Part shown: positions 18,009 through 26,981 of the stretch, one piece after another
How positions within the stretch are numbered: position 1 is the first letter of the stretch
How the letters are laid out: each line of letters begins with the position of its first letter
Virus record (IMG/VR): IMGVR_UViG_3300014205_000006
Span: 1 to 64,000 of that record
DNA length: 64,000 bases
Reading direction: 5' to 3' (one strand)
Source: a virus
Lineage: Duplodnaviria > Caudoviricetes
Notes under the pieces: model-generated
The model's input: the letters and a program-made list of their open reading frames with translations, nothing else
Told to the model about the DNA's origin: nothing
Database searches by the model: none
Program-made: the position numbers and the translations under genes

Positions 18009-18713
18009 GGTGAGCCCGTCCATCGCCACCCGGAGGTTCGCGAGTCCGGCGGCGGCGGCATCCCACTCGGTCGCGAGCGCAAACGTCGGCACGCCCGCTT
18101 CAAGCATCTTCGCGAGGCGCTCCACGCTGTCGGAGAGGTACTGCGCGGAGTGAGCGGCCACGGCACGCGCGTCCGGCGTCTGCGGGTACTCGACGCTCGA
18201 CACATCGGCAACCGTGGTCACGACGGCAGAGGCGTAGTCCAACGGGTCGAGCAGACGCGAGGTGCCGCCATCCGCATCCTTCGTGAAGAACGGGTTGTCG
18301 TCCGTGCTCATGCCGAGGTGGACGTGCTGGCCGAATGACCAGCCTGTGTCGCCCTGCTGACCGAGGATGGTGTCGTAGTCGACCACATCGCCGACGCTGA
18401 CGTTGAGGTAGGCGAAGTGCGCGTACAGCGCCCGCGTCCCGTCGCCGTGGTCGATGATGCAGGAGAACCCGAAGGTGGCGCCCCACCAGTCGTCAGGCGT
18501 GCTCGTGAACACAACGCGGCCCGGCGCGACCGGCGGGATGAGCGAGTTCCAAGGGAACCCGAAGTCACATCCGCTGTGATCCTTGGTGTGGATGTCGTCG
18601 CGGACGCCCTTCAGACCTGTGAGCGTGCCGCGCAACTTGGCGGGCCCGCTGCCCCAGATGATCGGCTCATCGAAGTCCTTGCGCCCGAGCAGTTCGATTG
18701 CGAGTTGCATCAT
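18006..18713 (-). CDS. M23 (LytM-like) peptidase, endolysin candidate
   Basis: HSGCD, HGDGTRALYAH, GDTGWSFGQHVH. Confidence 0.85.
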   Translation of the reverse strand: MMQLAIELLGRKDFDEPIIWGSGPAKLRGTLTGLKGVRDDIHTKDHSGCDFGFPWNSLIPPVAPGRVVFTSTPDDWWGATFGFSCIIDHGDGTRALYAHFAYLNVSVGDVVDYDTILGQQGDTGWSFGQHVHLGMSTDDNPFFTKDADGGTSRLLDPLDYASAVVTTVADVSSVEYPQTPDARAVAAHSAQYLSDSVERLAKMLEAGVPTFALATEWDAAAAGLANLRVAMDGLT

Positions 18714-19495
18714 GCCTCCAGATAGTCTGCGACCGGACGCCCCATCACAAGAGCGAAGGCCGCGCTCACGGTGCCGTTGATCAACGCCTCGGCGTCGAGT
18801 TGCGACAGCCCCATCAGGGATGTGTCGCCAAACGAGTCGAAGGTCTTGGCCTCGAACGCTTGGTGAGCGATCAAGGTCGTCAACTCGGCGTCGGTGAAGA
18901 GCATGGGGTTCGCGCCGGGCGAGCCAAGCGCGAAGGCCGACTGCGCATAGCCCATGATGGTGGACGAGTTCAGCTGGAGGGCGGGCGGCTCAGGCGGATG
19001 CAACAGACCGAGCGCGTGCCCGATCTCATGCATCGTCAGGGCGATGCACCCCATGTACTCCAGCCGCTCATTGGCGGTGCGTCCGTGGAACCTCGCGTGC
19101 TGCGCGTCGGCGACCCGTCCCCACCCGATGGTCGCGAGTCCGCCCATGTCCGGGCGGGAGTTCCCAATCGTGTACGAATCGTCTGCGCCGCAACCCGATT
19201 GATCGGCGGGCATGCCGTAGATGAAGACCACCTTCAACGAGGGGTTCACGACCTCCTCGTCAACGGCGAGGACGCCATTCACCGTCCTCCAGACCTTCTC
19301 GGCGTGGTCGCGAATCTGTCCAAACGGGAGCATCGGCCCCCACACGAGGCGCGCCGGGACGCACTGAAGGCGTCGCCCGGTCTTGCGAGCGAACGCGAGC
19401 GTCACATCTTGCATGATGCGGTCGATGTCCGGCAGCACGCTCGCGCCGGGCCCGACGATGCCCTCAGGGATGTAGACGAAAGGCGAAGTGATCAC
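18710..19495 (-). CDS. Metzincin zinc metallopeptidase
   Basis: HEIGHALGLLH plus Met-turn STIMGY. Confidence 0.8.
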   Translation of the reverse strand: MITSPFVYIPEGIVGPGASVLPDIDRIMQDVTLAFARKTGRRLQCVPARLVWGPMLPFGQIRDHAEKVWRTVNGVLAVDEEVVNPSLKVVFIYGMPADQSGCGADDSYTIGNSRPDMGGLATIGWGRVADAQHARFHGRTANERLEYMGCIALTMHEIGHALGLLHPPEPPALQLNSSTIMGYAQSAFALGSPGANPMLFTDAELTTLIAHQAFEAKTFDSFGDTSLMGLSQLDAEALINGTVSAAFALVMGRPVADYLEA

Positions 19496-19524
19496 TCAGA
19501 CCTCCGATTGCTGGTAGTCCAACT

Positions 19525-21327
19525 CTAGTGGTCCGAGTCATCCTCACCGACGATGGGAATCTCGCCCTGCATCGCCGCCTTCCAATCCTTGCGTGACCAG
19601 CGGCGGAACAGGGCCGTCTCCGTGCCGTCCTGAACGGCGTCGCCGAGCGCCTCACGGCCCTTCATGACGTGGTACACGACCTGCTCGAAGGTGTCGAGGA
19701 CGTTCATCGTGTAGACGACAGGGCGGCGCGACTGTCCGCCCCGGTGCAGTCGTCCCTCGCGCTGCTCGATCATCTTCGCGGGGTTCCAGAGACAGTCGTA
19801 ATGGACCAGAGCAGACGCGCCGTAGAAATCGAACCCGTACGCCATCGCGTCGCTCGCCACCACCCAAATCTGCTCTCCGGCATTCACACGGTCGCTGATC
19901 TCCTGACGCCGCTTCACCGGTGTGCCGCCGTGGAGGTACACGACCTCGTGACGAGTCCGCGCGGCGAGCGCCTCATAGATGCGCTCGGCGGTACTCGTCC
20001 ACTGGCTGAACATCATCACCGAATCGGAGTCATGCGGTTCGAGCAGTTCGAACAGCGCATCCATCTTGGAGCCCTCGACCGGATACTTGTCGTGGACGAT
20101 GTTCGGTGAATTGAGGAACTGGCGCAGCCGGAGCGTCTGGACGAGCGGGTCATCCTTCGAGTCGCTGCCGGTCGTGGCCAGCCACAGGAAGAAGTCATCG
20201 CACATCATGTTGTACCAGCGACGCTCCTGCGGCGAGAGTTCCACGTCAACCATGACGGGCACCTTCTCGGGCAGTTGCGGCATCAAGACCTCTTTGCGCC
20301 GCCGGACGATGTAGGGCGCGATGATCTCGTTGAACTCGGGGAGCGTCTGCCAGTTCGTCCCGACCACGTGTCCCCAACGGTCTGTCTGGAGGAACTTGTC
20401 GCGGAACGCGGTGAAGTTCCCGAGCAGACCGGGACGGAGGATGCCGCCCACGAGGTTGTAGACGTCCTCAAGGTGCATCTCCAGCGGCGTCGCCGTCATG
20501 CCGGTGAGCCCGACCTCGGTGCGAATCGCTTGGAGACGCTTGTGAGTCTGTGACTGTGAGTTCTTGCCCTTCGTGAACTCGTCGGCGAACACCTTCACCC
20601 AGTCGCGCGGCACCCATGGCTTCCCCCAGTCATGCCGGAGGTACAACTCATAGCCGACCACCTTGATCGGCGTCGGGAGTTCCCAGAGCGCGCGGCGCTT
20701 CTTGTCCGACCCCTCGATGACGGTGACGAGTTCGTCCACCTGTGCATCGTCAAGGCCGAAGTGAATCTTGTACTGCGACCGGATGTTGAGGCGCAAGCCC
20801 GAGGGAACAACCCACAGGATGGAGTTGGGCCCGACGATGTGGCCGCCCGCTTGGTGGGTGAGAATCGCGTCGAGGGTCTTGCCCGTCCCCACCGGGTCGC
20901 CGAGGAGCGAGCCGCCCTCAATCGTGTTGAGCATCCGCTCGGCGACCTTCTGGTAGCCACGGATGTCGGGCGTAACGATGCCCGGCGGGCGCTCCCAGTC
21001 GGGAAGGTCGAGCAGGAAGGCGAGGTCAGCGACCTTGTCCGCCGCCGCCCGCATGCGCTTGAGGCGCGCGTTCAACACCGGCTCGATCAACACGTCGCCG
21101 AGGGCGGCGAGTTTCGTGGCCAGTCCGTTCGCATGGTCGATGGGGATGGCCCAGTGCTTCAAGCCTGGCTTCCACGTCCGGCCCGGCGTGGCCTTCGTGA
21201 CGCGCAAGGCCTCCTCGAAGGCGGCGCTGTTCTCCCAATCGAAGGTGAGGGAAGCGTGGGTTGCGGACAGTTCGCGAAGGGTGAAGATCACGCGTGCACC
21301 GGGCAGTTCAAGATCAATTCCATCCAT
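19525..21327 (-). CDS. SNF2-family helicase/ATPase with N-terminal HARP-like region
   Basis: GDPVGTGKT, ADEF, MTATP, MFSQW, WNPAKM..QREGRLHR. Confidence 0.85.
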   Translation of the reverse strand: MDGIDLELPGARVIFTLRELSATHASLTFDWENSAAFEEALRVTKATPGRTWKPGLKHWAIPIDHANGLATKLAALGDVLIEPVLNARLKRMRAAADKVADLAFLLDLPDWERPPGIVTPDIRGYQKVAERMLNTIEGGSLLGDPVGTGKTLDAILTHQAGGHIVGPNSILWVVPSGLRLNIRSQYKIHFGLDDAQVDELVTVIEGSDKKRRALWELPTPIKVVGYELYLRHDWGKPWVPRDWVKVFADEFTKGKNSQSQTHKRLQAIRTEVGLTGMTATPLEMHLEDVYNLVGGILRPGLLGNFTAFRDKFLQTDRWGHVVGTNWQTLPEFNEIIAPYIVRRRKEVLMPQLPEKVPVMVDVELSPQERRWYNMMCDDFFLWLATTGSDSKDDPLVQTLRLRQFLNSPNIVHDKYPVEGSKMDALFELLEPHDSDSVMMFSQWTSTAERIYEALAARTRHEVVYLHGGTPVKRRQEISDRVNAGEQIWVVASDAMAYGFDFYGASALVHYDCLWNPAKMIEQREGRLHRGGQSRRPVVYTMNVLDTFEQVVYHVMKGREALGDAVQDGTETALFRRWSRKDWKAAMQGEIPIVGEDDSDH

Positions 21328-21344
21328 TCCTGCCCGATGCACGC

Positions 21345-21600
21345 ACGACGCTGGCCGGCACCCGCGTCGCTTACGAGGGAGAGGCGACGGGCCGCAGGGT
21401 TAAGCCCATCGCCCCTCCCCGGTCTGTGCGAGTCCGCCCTGTCCCGCTAGGATTTCAGGGCGGACTCGCGTGACGGTTCACGGTCTTGTCGCTTCGCGCC
21501 TACAGTGGGCCGTGACCCCGCCCGGCGCTGAATCCGCAACTCACCGTGGTTGCCCACTCTCCCGTCAATCCTCGGCGGTGCCAATCGCCGGGGCTTCCTT
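21345..21600. ncRNA. Structured non-coding region (long 5' leader or sRNA)
   Basis: At least five hairpins, including a perfect 14-bp stem 21428-21441/21456-21469; directly downstream of promoter P3. Confidence 0.45.
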
Positions 21601-21602
21601 CA

Positions 21603-21631
21603 ATTCTACCTCGCGTCTCGTACCGCGTCTA
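21603..21631 (-). promoter_or_regulatory. Leftward promoter P3 (TAGACG-17-TAGAAT)
   Basis: Conserved spacer motif. Confidence 0.75.
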
Positions 21632-21713
21632 GGCGGGGCGACCACGACCATCGGATGCGGCGACGGAACGCGGTTGCGGCAGTTGTCGCAGACCTTGCCG
21701 TAGGGGAGTGGCC

Positions 21714-22040
21714 TCATTCGCTCGCCTTGCGAATGGCCTGTCCATTCGGACAGATGCAGAAGTTCACGCGACCTGCCATGACGCCCGCTGACGACCTCGC
21801 GCCTGACGTGTCGATGCGACCGGAGTTCCCGCAGAGGGAGCACAGGCCGCTGTCGGCGGTGTAGTGCGCCATCCAGTAGTCGGTGATGTTGTTCGGTGGC
21901 GGCGCGCAGTCCTCCGCCTCCTTCACCGCCCGCATGAGTTGCTGGAATTCGACGCGGTTGAGGGCATCAAAGGATTGGTCTGACGGGAGCCCGTCAAGCA
22001 CCGACTGGATGTAGACCTTGGCGGCATCAACGGCATTCAA
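21714..22040 (-). CDS. Zn-finger hypothetical protein
   Basis: CSLCGNSG...FCICPNG. Confidence 0.55.
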   Translation of the reverse strand: MNAVDAAKVYIQSVLDGLPSDQSFDALNRVEFQQLMRAVKEAEDCAPPPNNITDYWMAHYTADSGLCSLCGNSGRIDTSGARSSAGVMAGRVNFCICPNGQAIRKASE

Positions 22041-22664
22041 CTAGCGCTCCAAACTGAACACGCGACCGGCCTTGACGATGAGGGGCGTACCCTCGGGCCC
22101 GACGATGGTTGGCGGGAACCAGTCGAGGCGCTCCTGCGACCGACCCTTGCCGTAGAGGACGGTGCGGAAGTGACCGCGCCGGATGTGACGAGTCGTCAGG
22201 TGCCGTCCTGTCGGGTCGCTGTCGCGCGCCTCGCGGACGACCTTGCGCAACTTGATCCAGCGGAGCGTCGGCGGCTTTCGCCGGGCGCGCTGCCAGCGCT
22301 TCCGCTCGGGACGGCTTGCCTCGCCCTCGTCCATGACGACAATCCGGCTCCGGGCGATGGCGGCGGCGGTCACGAGGTACTTCAGGATCATCGTCATCCC
22401 GAGTTCCGCGCCACTGATGATTTTATCAGAGTCTGCATCATCTATGCGAAGCCCGACGTCATTGAATGCCTTGATGTTGATCGCAGTATTGTTCTCCGCC
22501 GCGATGCGGATGGAGCCTCCGGCCGGGATGGAGCATGCGTTCGCGCCGTTGTTGCGGCCGTCATACGGCATCACCACCAAGCCGTCCTCTGTACCGGCGA
22601 ATGCATATATGGATGTGATCCCGACCATTTGGATTTGTCCGTCGAGGGCGAGTATGGGGACCAT
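22041..22664 (-). CDS. Hypothetical protein with C-terminal RHxRRGHFR motif (possibly frameshift-joined to the upstream ORF)
   Basis: RHIRRGHFRTVLYGKG...WFPPTIVGP. Confidence 0.6.
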   Translation of the reverse strand: MVPILALDGQIQMVGITSIYAFAGTEDGLVVMPYDGRNNGANACSIPAGGSIRIAAENNTAINIKAFNDVGLRIDDADSDKIISGAELGMTMILKYLVTAAAIARSRIVVMDEGEASRPERKRWQRARRKPPTLRWIKLRKVVREARDSDPTGRHLTTRHIRRGHFRTVLYGKGRSQERLDWFPPTIVGPEGTPLIVKAGRVFSLER

Positions 22665-22704
22665 CAGCGGCTCCTCAAGGAACAGACCGATGCTCTCGCC
22701 GCCC

Positions 22705-23430
22705 TCATCGAACAGGCCAAGACGGGCGGTGGTTGTCCGCCACGGCGTCCATCTCCGCCTCGATCAACTCGCACATCTGGGCGTTGACGAGGTATGGCGT
22801 GCAACCGCTGATGAGATTGCTCAGCAGCCGGGCCACATCAGGATGAGGCTCGCCGAGGCTCGCAAACGCCTTGTTGATGCCGGAGAGATCGGCGCATCCA
22901 TCGATGATGTCGAGCACAGCGTCCCAGCGCTGCTTCCGCGTGTCGTGCGCCGAGGCGTGCGGAGCGTCGGCCCGTTCAAGGATGTCAATCCACTCGCGTC
23001 GCTCGACCGGGCGCGGCACGACGAACCAATGGGCGGCATCGGACGGGTTGCCCTCTGTGAGGGCATTGACCCACCAGTCCTCCACGCCGCCGTACTGCTG
23101 CGCCCACTCCAGCCACGGCATCGCGTCGGCGACCTCGACCACGATGCAGACCTCGCCCTTGTCGACGGCGGAGCCATCCATCCACCGTTGACGCCGGGTG
23201 CGGAGGTCGGTGAGCCACACCACGTCGGGCGCGAAGTGCTCATTCTCCGCCATGGCCTTGAGCAGCGCGTCGTGGACGCTCCGCTGGTCGATGCCAGTGC
23301 CCTTCAAGGCGTTCGCGCGCTCCACCGCCGCGCGACCCGGCGCGCCGACATTGCTCTCGGTCGGCTTGATGAAGCCGTCCTTGATAATGGACGGCAGGTG
23401 ATAGCCGCTCGTGTGGTGGTACAGGCGCAT
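22705..23430 (-). CDS. Putative ADP-ribosyltransferase-fold protein
   Basis: LYHHTSGYHLPSIIKDGFIKP and VVWLT strands. Confidence 0.5.
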   Translation of the reverse strand: MRLYHHTSGYHLPSIIKDGFIKPTESNVGAPGRAAVERANALKGTGIDQRSVHDALLKAMAENEHFAPDVVWLTDLRTRRQRWMDGSAVDKGEVCIVVEVADAMPWLEWAQQYGGVEDWWVNALTEGNPSDAAHWFVVPRPVERREWIDILERADAPHASAHDTRKQRWDAVLDIIDGCADLSGINKAFASLGEPHPDVARLLSNLISGCTPYLVNAQMCELIEAEMDAVADNHRPSWPVR

Positions 23431-23855
23431 TAGTAGACCTCGCCCCGGTCGCCCCGGCGAGCGCGCTTCTCAAGCACGGCCCGCTGCTTGGAGTTCATGG
23501 GGTGAAGGTAGTCATACCACCGGGTCAGGCCGTGACCGTAGCGCGAGCCCTTGATGCGACCCATCGCCTCGCTGCCGATGACCTCGCCGCCCCGCGTCAA
23601 CTCGTGGACGGTCAACTTGATCATGCCCTTCGCGCGCCAGCCGAGGCGCGGCACCGTGACGGTGCGGTGACGGAGACGGACGGGCCCGCCGTGGTAGCGG
23701 CGCTTCGCGCTCGGCATCGGGCGCGTACTGCGCGGGTACTTGGCCCGCGCCCGCATGTGACGGCGAGCGCGGAAGGCCTCATCCTCCCGGCGCTCCGCCC
23801 GCGTCAACTCGGCGTCTGTCAGGCCCTCTGCGGGCCGGTTCCAACTGCGAGCCAT
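23430..23855 (-). CDS. Arg-rich basic protein
   Basis: GGAGG RBS downstream of promoter P4. Confidence 0.55.
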   Translation of the reverse strand: MARSWNRPAEGLTDAELTRAERREDEAFRARRHMRARAKYPRSTRPMPSAKRRYHGGPVRLRHRTVTVPRLGWRAKGMIKLTVHELTRGGEVIGSEAMGRIKGSRYGHGLTRWYDYLHPMNSKQRAVLEKRARRGDRGEVY

Positions 23856-23888
23856 TTCTGGCCTCCCTGCGCAAACCCCGTTTCCTCG

Positions 23889-23917
23889 ATACTACCTCGT
23901 ATGTCGCTGAACGTCGA
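23889..23917 (-). promoter_or_regulatory. Leftward promoter P4 (TCGACG-17-TAGTAT)
   Basis: Conserved spacer motif. Confidence 0.65.
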
Positions 23918-24485
23918 GGGGTTTGGGCTTGGCGGCCTCGTGCAGAATCCCCTCGATTTCGTCGGCGGCGAGGTTTGCCGCCTCGTGCTGCGCTTGCGCC
24001 TTCTCGTGCTCCTCGTCTGTGAGGTATCCGGGCGGGTCGAATCGCACGCGCAGATCAGAGATGAACGCGGCGAGGTCATCGATCAACTCCCGCCGCCGCT
24101 GCTCGTATGTCTCGGCAACGAAGGCGTATGTGGTGCGGGCGATGACCTCCTCGAAGGGCGTCAGCGTCTTGCCGAACGTCTCGGCGGCAATCTCCCGCGC
24201 CCCCTCAACGATGGCCTGTGCCTCGGCTTCGACGTTCACGCCGTAGCGCTCGTCCATCAGCGTCTTCAGCGCCGCCTCGGTGATGGTCTTGCCCTGCTCG
24301 GCGTCGATTGCCGCGTCGATGAACTCGGAGTAGCCCATCCCGCGCGGAGCGCCCTTGGACATGAGGTGGTTGCGCAGCCGGATGCGTACGTCCGGGTGGA
24401 CCATCAGGGGCAAGCGCTCGGCGCTGTAGGTCTTGCGCCCATCCCAGTCCTCAGCCTTATAGACCGTCTTCTGCGGACTCATCAT
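23892..24485 (-). CDS. Hypothetical helical protein (possible ribbon-helix-helix N-terminus)
   Basis: LPLMVHPDVRIRL...YSEFIDAAI. Confidence 0.55.
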   Translation of the reverse strand: MMSPQKTVYKAEDWDGRKTYSAERLPLMVHPDVRIRLRNHLMSKGAPRGMGYSEFIDAAIDAEQGKTITEAALKTLMDERYGVNVEAEAQAIVEGAREIAAETFGKTLTPFEEVIARTTYAFVAETYEQRRRELIDDLAAFISDLRVRFDPPGYLTDEEHEKAQAQHEAANLAADEIEGILHEAAKPKPLDVQRHTR

Positions 24486-24708
24486 CGCCCCTCCACTCGT
24501 ACTCCGCGCCCCGGACGATGAACGTCATCTCCTCCTGTTGCTCGTCTGTGAGTTGTGACATGCGGATGCGGACGTAGCGCCCGGCGCTGCCCCGCACAGG
24601 AATCTCCTCGGGCGGCGGCCAGAGTTTCACGCCAAGGCGCGCGCCGTCGTGCGGCCCGCCGTTGAGCTGGATGAACTCGCCGTGCGTCGCCTCGGTCGAT
24701 TGCGTCAC
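24457..24708 (-). CDS. Hypothetical protein (GGPHDG motif)
   Basis: GTGA coupling; L.GGP.DG motif common in small phage proteins. Confidence 0.55.
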   Translation of the reverse strand: MTQSTEATHGEFIQLNGGPHDGARLGVKLWPPPEEIPVRGSAGRYVRIRMSQLTDEQQEEMTFIVRGAEYEWRGDDESAEDGL

Positions 24709-25067
24709 AGACCTGCCTCCTGCCGCTCCAGTTGGCGCCCGAGGTCGAGGGCGACCTTCAGCAGCGCATCCATGTCGTCGCCGATGGTGTCGTCGCCGTT
24801 CTCCGGGTAGGTGTGCTGCGCGATGAAGTGGTTGCGCGCCTTCCAGAGTTCGGCGACCTGCGCCGGACGCTCGCCGAGCGCGGCGACGATGTGCGACTCG
24901 TCCATCACGAAGTCCTTGAAGCGCTCCAACAGGGCGTCGGCGTCGGCCATCATCTTCGTGTGGCGCTCCCACTGAGAGCGCTTCCAGTTCTGCTTCGGCT
25001 GCTCGGCGTATCGCAGGATGAACACCATGCTCATCCCGCGCAGGGCCGCTTCCATCACATCGCTCAT
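24705..25067 (-). CDS. Hypothetical protein
   Basis: Operonic. Confidence 0.55.
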   Translation of the reverse strand: MSDVMEAALRGMSMVFILRYAEQPKQNWKRSQWERHTKMMADADALLERFKDFVMDESHIVAALGERPAQVAELWKARNHFIAQHTYPENGDDTIGDDMDALLKVALDLGRQLERQEAGL

Positions 25068-25225
25068 TTGACGTACCCCACCCCTATCAGGATGCCGATC
25101 ACAGCCGGGACGCTGAAGGAGAGGTCGAGGATTGCGGCACTCCACCAGCCCCTTGATGCGTGTAGGCATCCCATGACGGTCAGCCCGATCAGCACAAGCC
25201 CCTCCACGATGCCGTCCCCTGTCAA

Positions 25226-25648
25226 CTACTTGTTCCTCCACGGCGTCCGCTTGTTGATGTCCCAGACCGTCTCGCCTCGGGCGACGGACTTGCGAGCCGC
25301 ATCGACCTTCTGGCGGTGCTCCGCAATCTGTCGGCGGTTGCGCTCCCCGGCGGGCCCGTTGTGAGCCCGCTCGCTGAAGAGGCGCTGCGCGTCGAGGCGG
25401 GTGAAGATGTACTTCAACTCCAAGTCGGAGACGGGGATGAGCCCGCTCGCGTATGTGCCGGTGTCGCCGCCGCGCGCCTCGTACCAGCCGCGCTTCCCAC
25501 GCCGAACCTCCCGGCAGGTGACGTGCTCGCTCGTGCTCCACGTCTGGCGGATGACCTTGAACACGCGCCCGTTCACGCTCAGGTACTGAGCGCCCTCCAC
25601 GATGGGCGTGCCCTCGGCGTCGAGTGCCTTGAACGTCGGGTCGCTCAT
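25226..25648 (-). CDS. Hypothetical protein
   Basis: ATGA coupling. Confidence 0.55.
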   Translation of the reverse strand: MSDPTFKALDAEGTPIVEGAQYLSVNGRVFKVIRQTWSTSEHVTCREVRRGKRGWYEARGGDTGTYASGLIPVSDLELKYIFTRLDAQRLFSERAHNGPAGERNRRQIAEHRQKVDAARKSVARGETVWDINKRTPWRNK

Positions 25649-25971
25649 CGCGGGGCCCGATACGTCACGACGCCCGGACGACGCATGCGGTCGGAGATGA
25701 TGTGGATCACTCCGGCGCGAGCGAGGTCTGCCAGAGGCGCGTCCTCATAGCCACGGCACGCCTCTGGCGGGTAGCCGAGGCGGGCGATGCTGATCTGCGG
25801 AACCGCAGGATGATGTAGGCCAAGGTTGGCATGGATGATCTCGGTGATGCGAGGGGAGCGGGAGCGACCAGCCTTGCGCTGAGCGGGAGTGAGCCCGGCG
25901 TAGTCCGCACGAATGCGGGCAGCGGCAGCATCCCACTTGGCGACGAACTCGGCGATGGCATCAGCGTTCAC
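25645..25971 (-). CDS. Hypothetical protein
   Basis: AGGAG RBS, GTGA coupling. Confidence 0.45.
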   Translation of the reverse strand: MNADAIAEFVAKWDAAAARIRADYAGLTPAQRKAGRSRSPRITEIIHANLGLHHPAVPQISIARLGYPPEACRGYEDAPLADLARAGVIHIISDRMRRPGVVTYRAPR

Positions 25972-26147
25972 GACGACGCTCCTAACGCGACCCGGCAACC
26001 GAAGCACCAGTGGGGCGTGTGAGGCCGTCCGGTGCCGGGGTCGAAGGCTGCGAACCCGCGCTCACCCCGCAGGAGGAACCGGGCACAGCCGGTGCAGACG
26101 ATGCGGGGCCACTTGTTGACGAAGGCGAACAGGTCGTTGATCTCCAC
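25968..26147 (-). CDS. Small Zn-finger protein
   Basis: GAGGAGG RBS after P5; CTGC...H..C..C. Confidence 0.5.
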   Translation of the reverse strand: MEINDLFAFVNKWPRIVCTGCARFLLRGERGFAAFDPGTGRPHTPHWCFGCRVALGASS

Positions 26148-26169
26148 GGTCGCCCTCCTCTCCAAGACG

Positions 26170-26198
26170 ATTCTACCTCGTACGTCGCGTGTCGTCTA
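26170..26198 (-). promoter_or_regulatory. Leftward promoter P5 (TAGACG-17-TAGAAT)
   Basis: Conserved spacer motif. Confidence 0.8.
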
Positions 26199-26564
26199 CC
26201 GGCTCAGTTGCCCTTCCACCCGCCCCGGCTCCCCCAAGCGCGTGCAGCGCCGGTCGGAGGGCGCCAGCAGCCGGGGTGGAAGCGGATGCGAGGCCCGCTC
26301 CTCATCGTGAGGACTTCATCGGCCCTCCAGCCGCCGTGCGGCGCGCGAGGTGGCCACGGCAGAGGCGGGAGCGACCTGAACACGAGCAGGTAGATGAGGG
26401 CTGTGAAGCGGTATCGACGCTCTTGCCAGTCCATCAGATGCCCGAGTCCTTGTGGCGCTCGATGTGCTCGATCACAACCTCGATGGTCGCGCGGAGGAAT
26501 GACTTGATCAGCGCGGCTGCGATGACCAATCCCGCGACCACGCCCAAAACGAACTCCTCCATCA

Positions 26565-26846
26565 TCAACCAGCCTTCCTCTTGTGGTATGCCCGGCAAGC
26601 ATCCGAGTGGGCGAGCGCGCATGGATAGCAGCGACAGCCCCAGTTCTGATATGTGCTCGCCCGTCCGTGCTTGACCGTCGCCGTGGACAGCCGCGCCCGG
26701 CGGAGGGCTCGGCGCTCCCGCTGGCGACGGCGGTTCGCCTCGCGGCAACAAGCCAAGCGACAGCCCATGTTGTATCGCACGACTGTGCCGTGCTCAGCGC
26801 TGCCCTCGACGCTCACCAAGTGTCGGGCAAGCGTCCTCGTGCTCAA
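26565..26846 (-). CDS. Protein with two HG....Y...GCR...C repeats (putative Zn DNA-binding)
   Basis: HGTVVRYNMGCRLACC and HGRASTYQNWGCRCYPC. Confidence 0.6.
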   Translation of the reverse strand: MSTRTLARHLVSVEGSAEHGTVVRYNMGCRLACCREANRRRQRERRALRRARLSTATVKHGRASTYQNWGCRCYPCALAHSDACRAYHKRKAG

Positions 26847-26981
26847 TTGCGCGGGCCGCGCTTCCCGGTTGCGCGCTCGTTCAAGATGCGAGTGACGATG
26901 CGGACGTAGGCGAGTCCGTGAACGCGCATGCGCTTGCTCTTGCGCTGCTTCGCCTCCCGGCGCTCGCCCTTGGTCGCCATC

